Origin: the human T2T-CHM13v2.0 reference genome, Homo sapiens
Assembly (NCBI RefSeq): GCF_009914755.1
Contig: NC_060938.1
Direction: 5' to 3' (one strand)
Length of the DNA stretch: 64,000 nucleotides
Position numbers and translations under genes: made by a program. Shown one piece after another: positions 63,645 through 64,000 of this stretch; the first letter of the stretch is position 1; every line of letters begins with the position of its first letter. The notes below the pieces were generated by a model. That model was not told the DNA's origin. It did no database searches and worked only from the letters and a program-made list of their open reading frames with translations.

Positions 63645-64000
63645 GGAGAAGGGATGGGATAGGGAGAAAGTCTGTAAGCTTCTACCCTCTCCTGCTCATA
63701 TCGTAATTGTGGCACTTAAAAAAAAACAGGTGAAAAGATGGATGTAATTCAGGTTTGAGATGGAAAGAATAGAAGATAGATGAATGGATGGATGGGGAAG
63801 TGAAAGAGTGAGTAAGTGTGTGAGTAGATGGTTCCATACACTAGGAATAAATTCTCTCTAAAATAGGAAGAAAAAACTGTTATCTACAAGTCTTTTGTGG
63901 GTGAGATAAATGCTAAAGAGTACTTCTGAAACCTAAAGTTATTGGTAAATATAAAATATGTGTTTACTATTTTAAGCATCAACTTAAAATATGAAACTAT

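Overview
Primate non-coding genomic DNA; an SVA fragment points to a hominoid, probably human. I find no credible protein-coding gene, tRNA/rRNA, CRISPR array or CpG-island promoter. The ORF-track entries are chance ORFs or frames through Alu, L1, MaLR or Tigger remnants. Roughly half of the window is recognisable interspersed repeat: Alu (J/S/Y), L1 of several ages, MIR, L2, MaLR/ERVL/ERV1 solo LTRs (THE1, MST, MLT1, MLT2, LTR9, MER21), DNA transposons (MER20, MER5, MER1B, MER44A, Tigger3b) and one 5'-truncated SVA. Families were recognised by eye from remembered consensus sequences, so subfamily labels are approximate. I did not find a new multi-gene biological system. The most unusual signals are small mutational fossils: (i) an SVA with two poly(A) tails separated by 14 unique nt (mini 3' transduction), no TSD, and a 5' end fused into a half AluJ; (ii) a twin-primed inverted L1MA carrying a templated insertion copied from its own 3' UTR; (iii) two Alus with inverted self-templated insertions. 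There are also candidate regulatory or splicing elements in unique sequence: homeodomain-motif clusters, an OCT-SOX motif in LTR9, a DUX4 motif in THE1, and possible + strand micro-exons and recursive splice sites.
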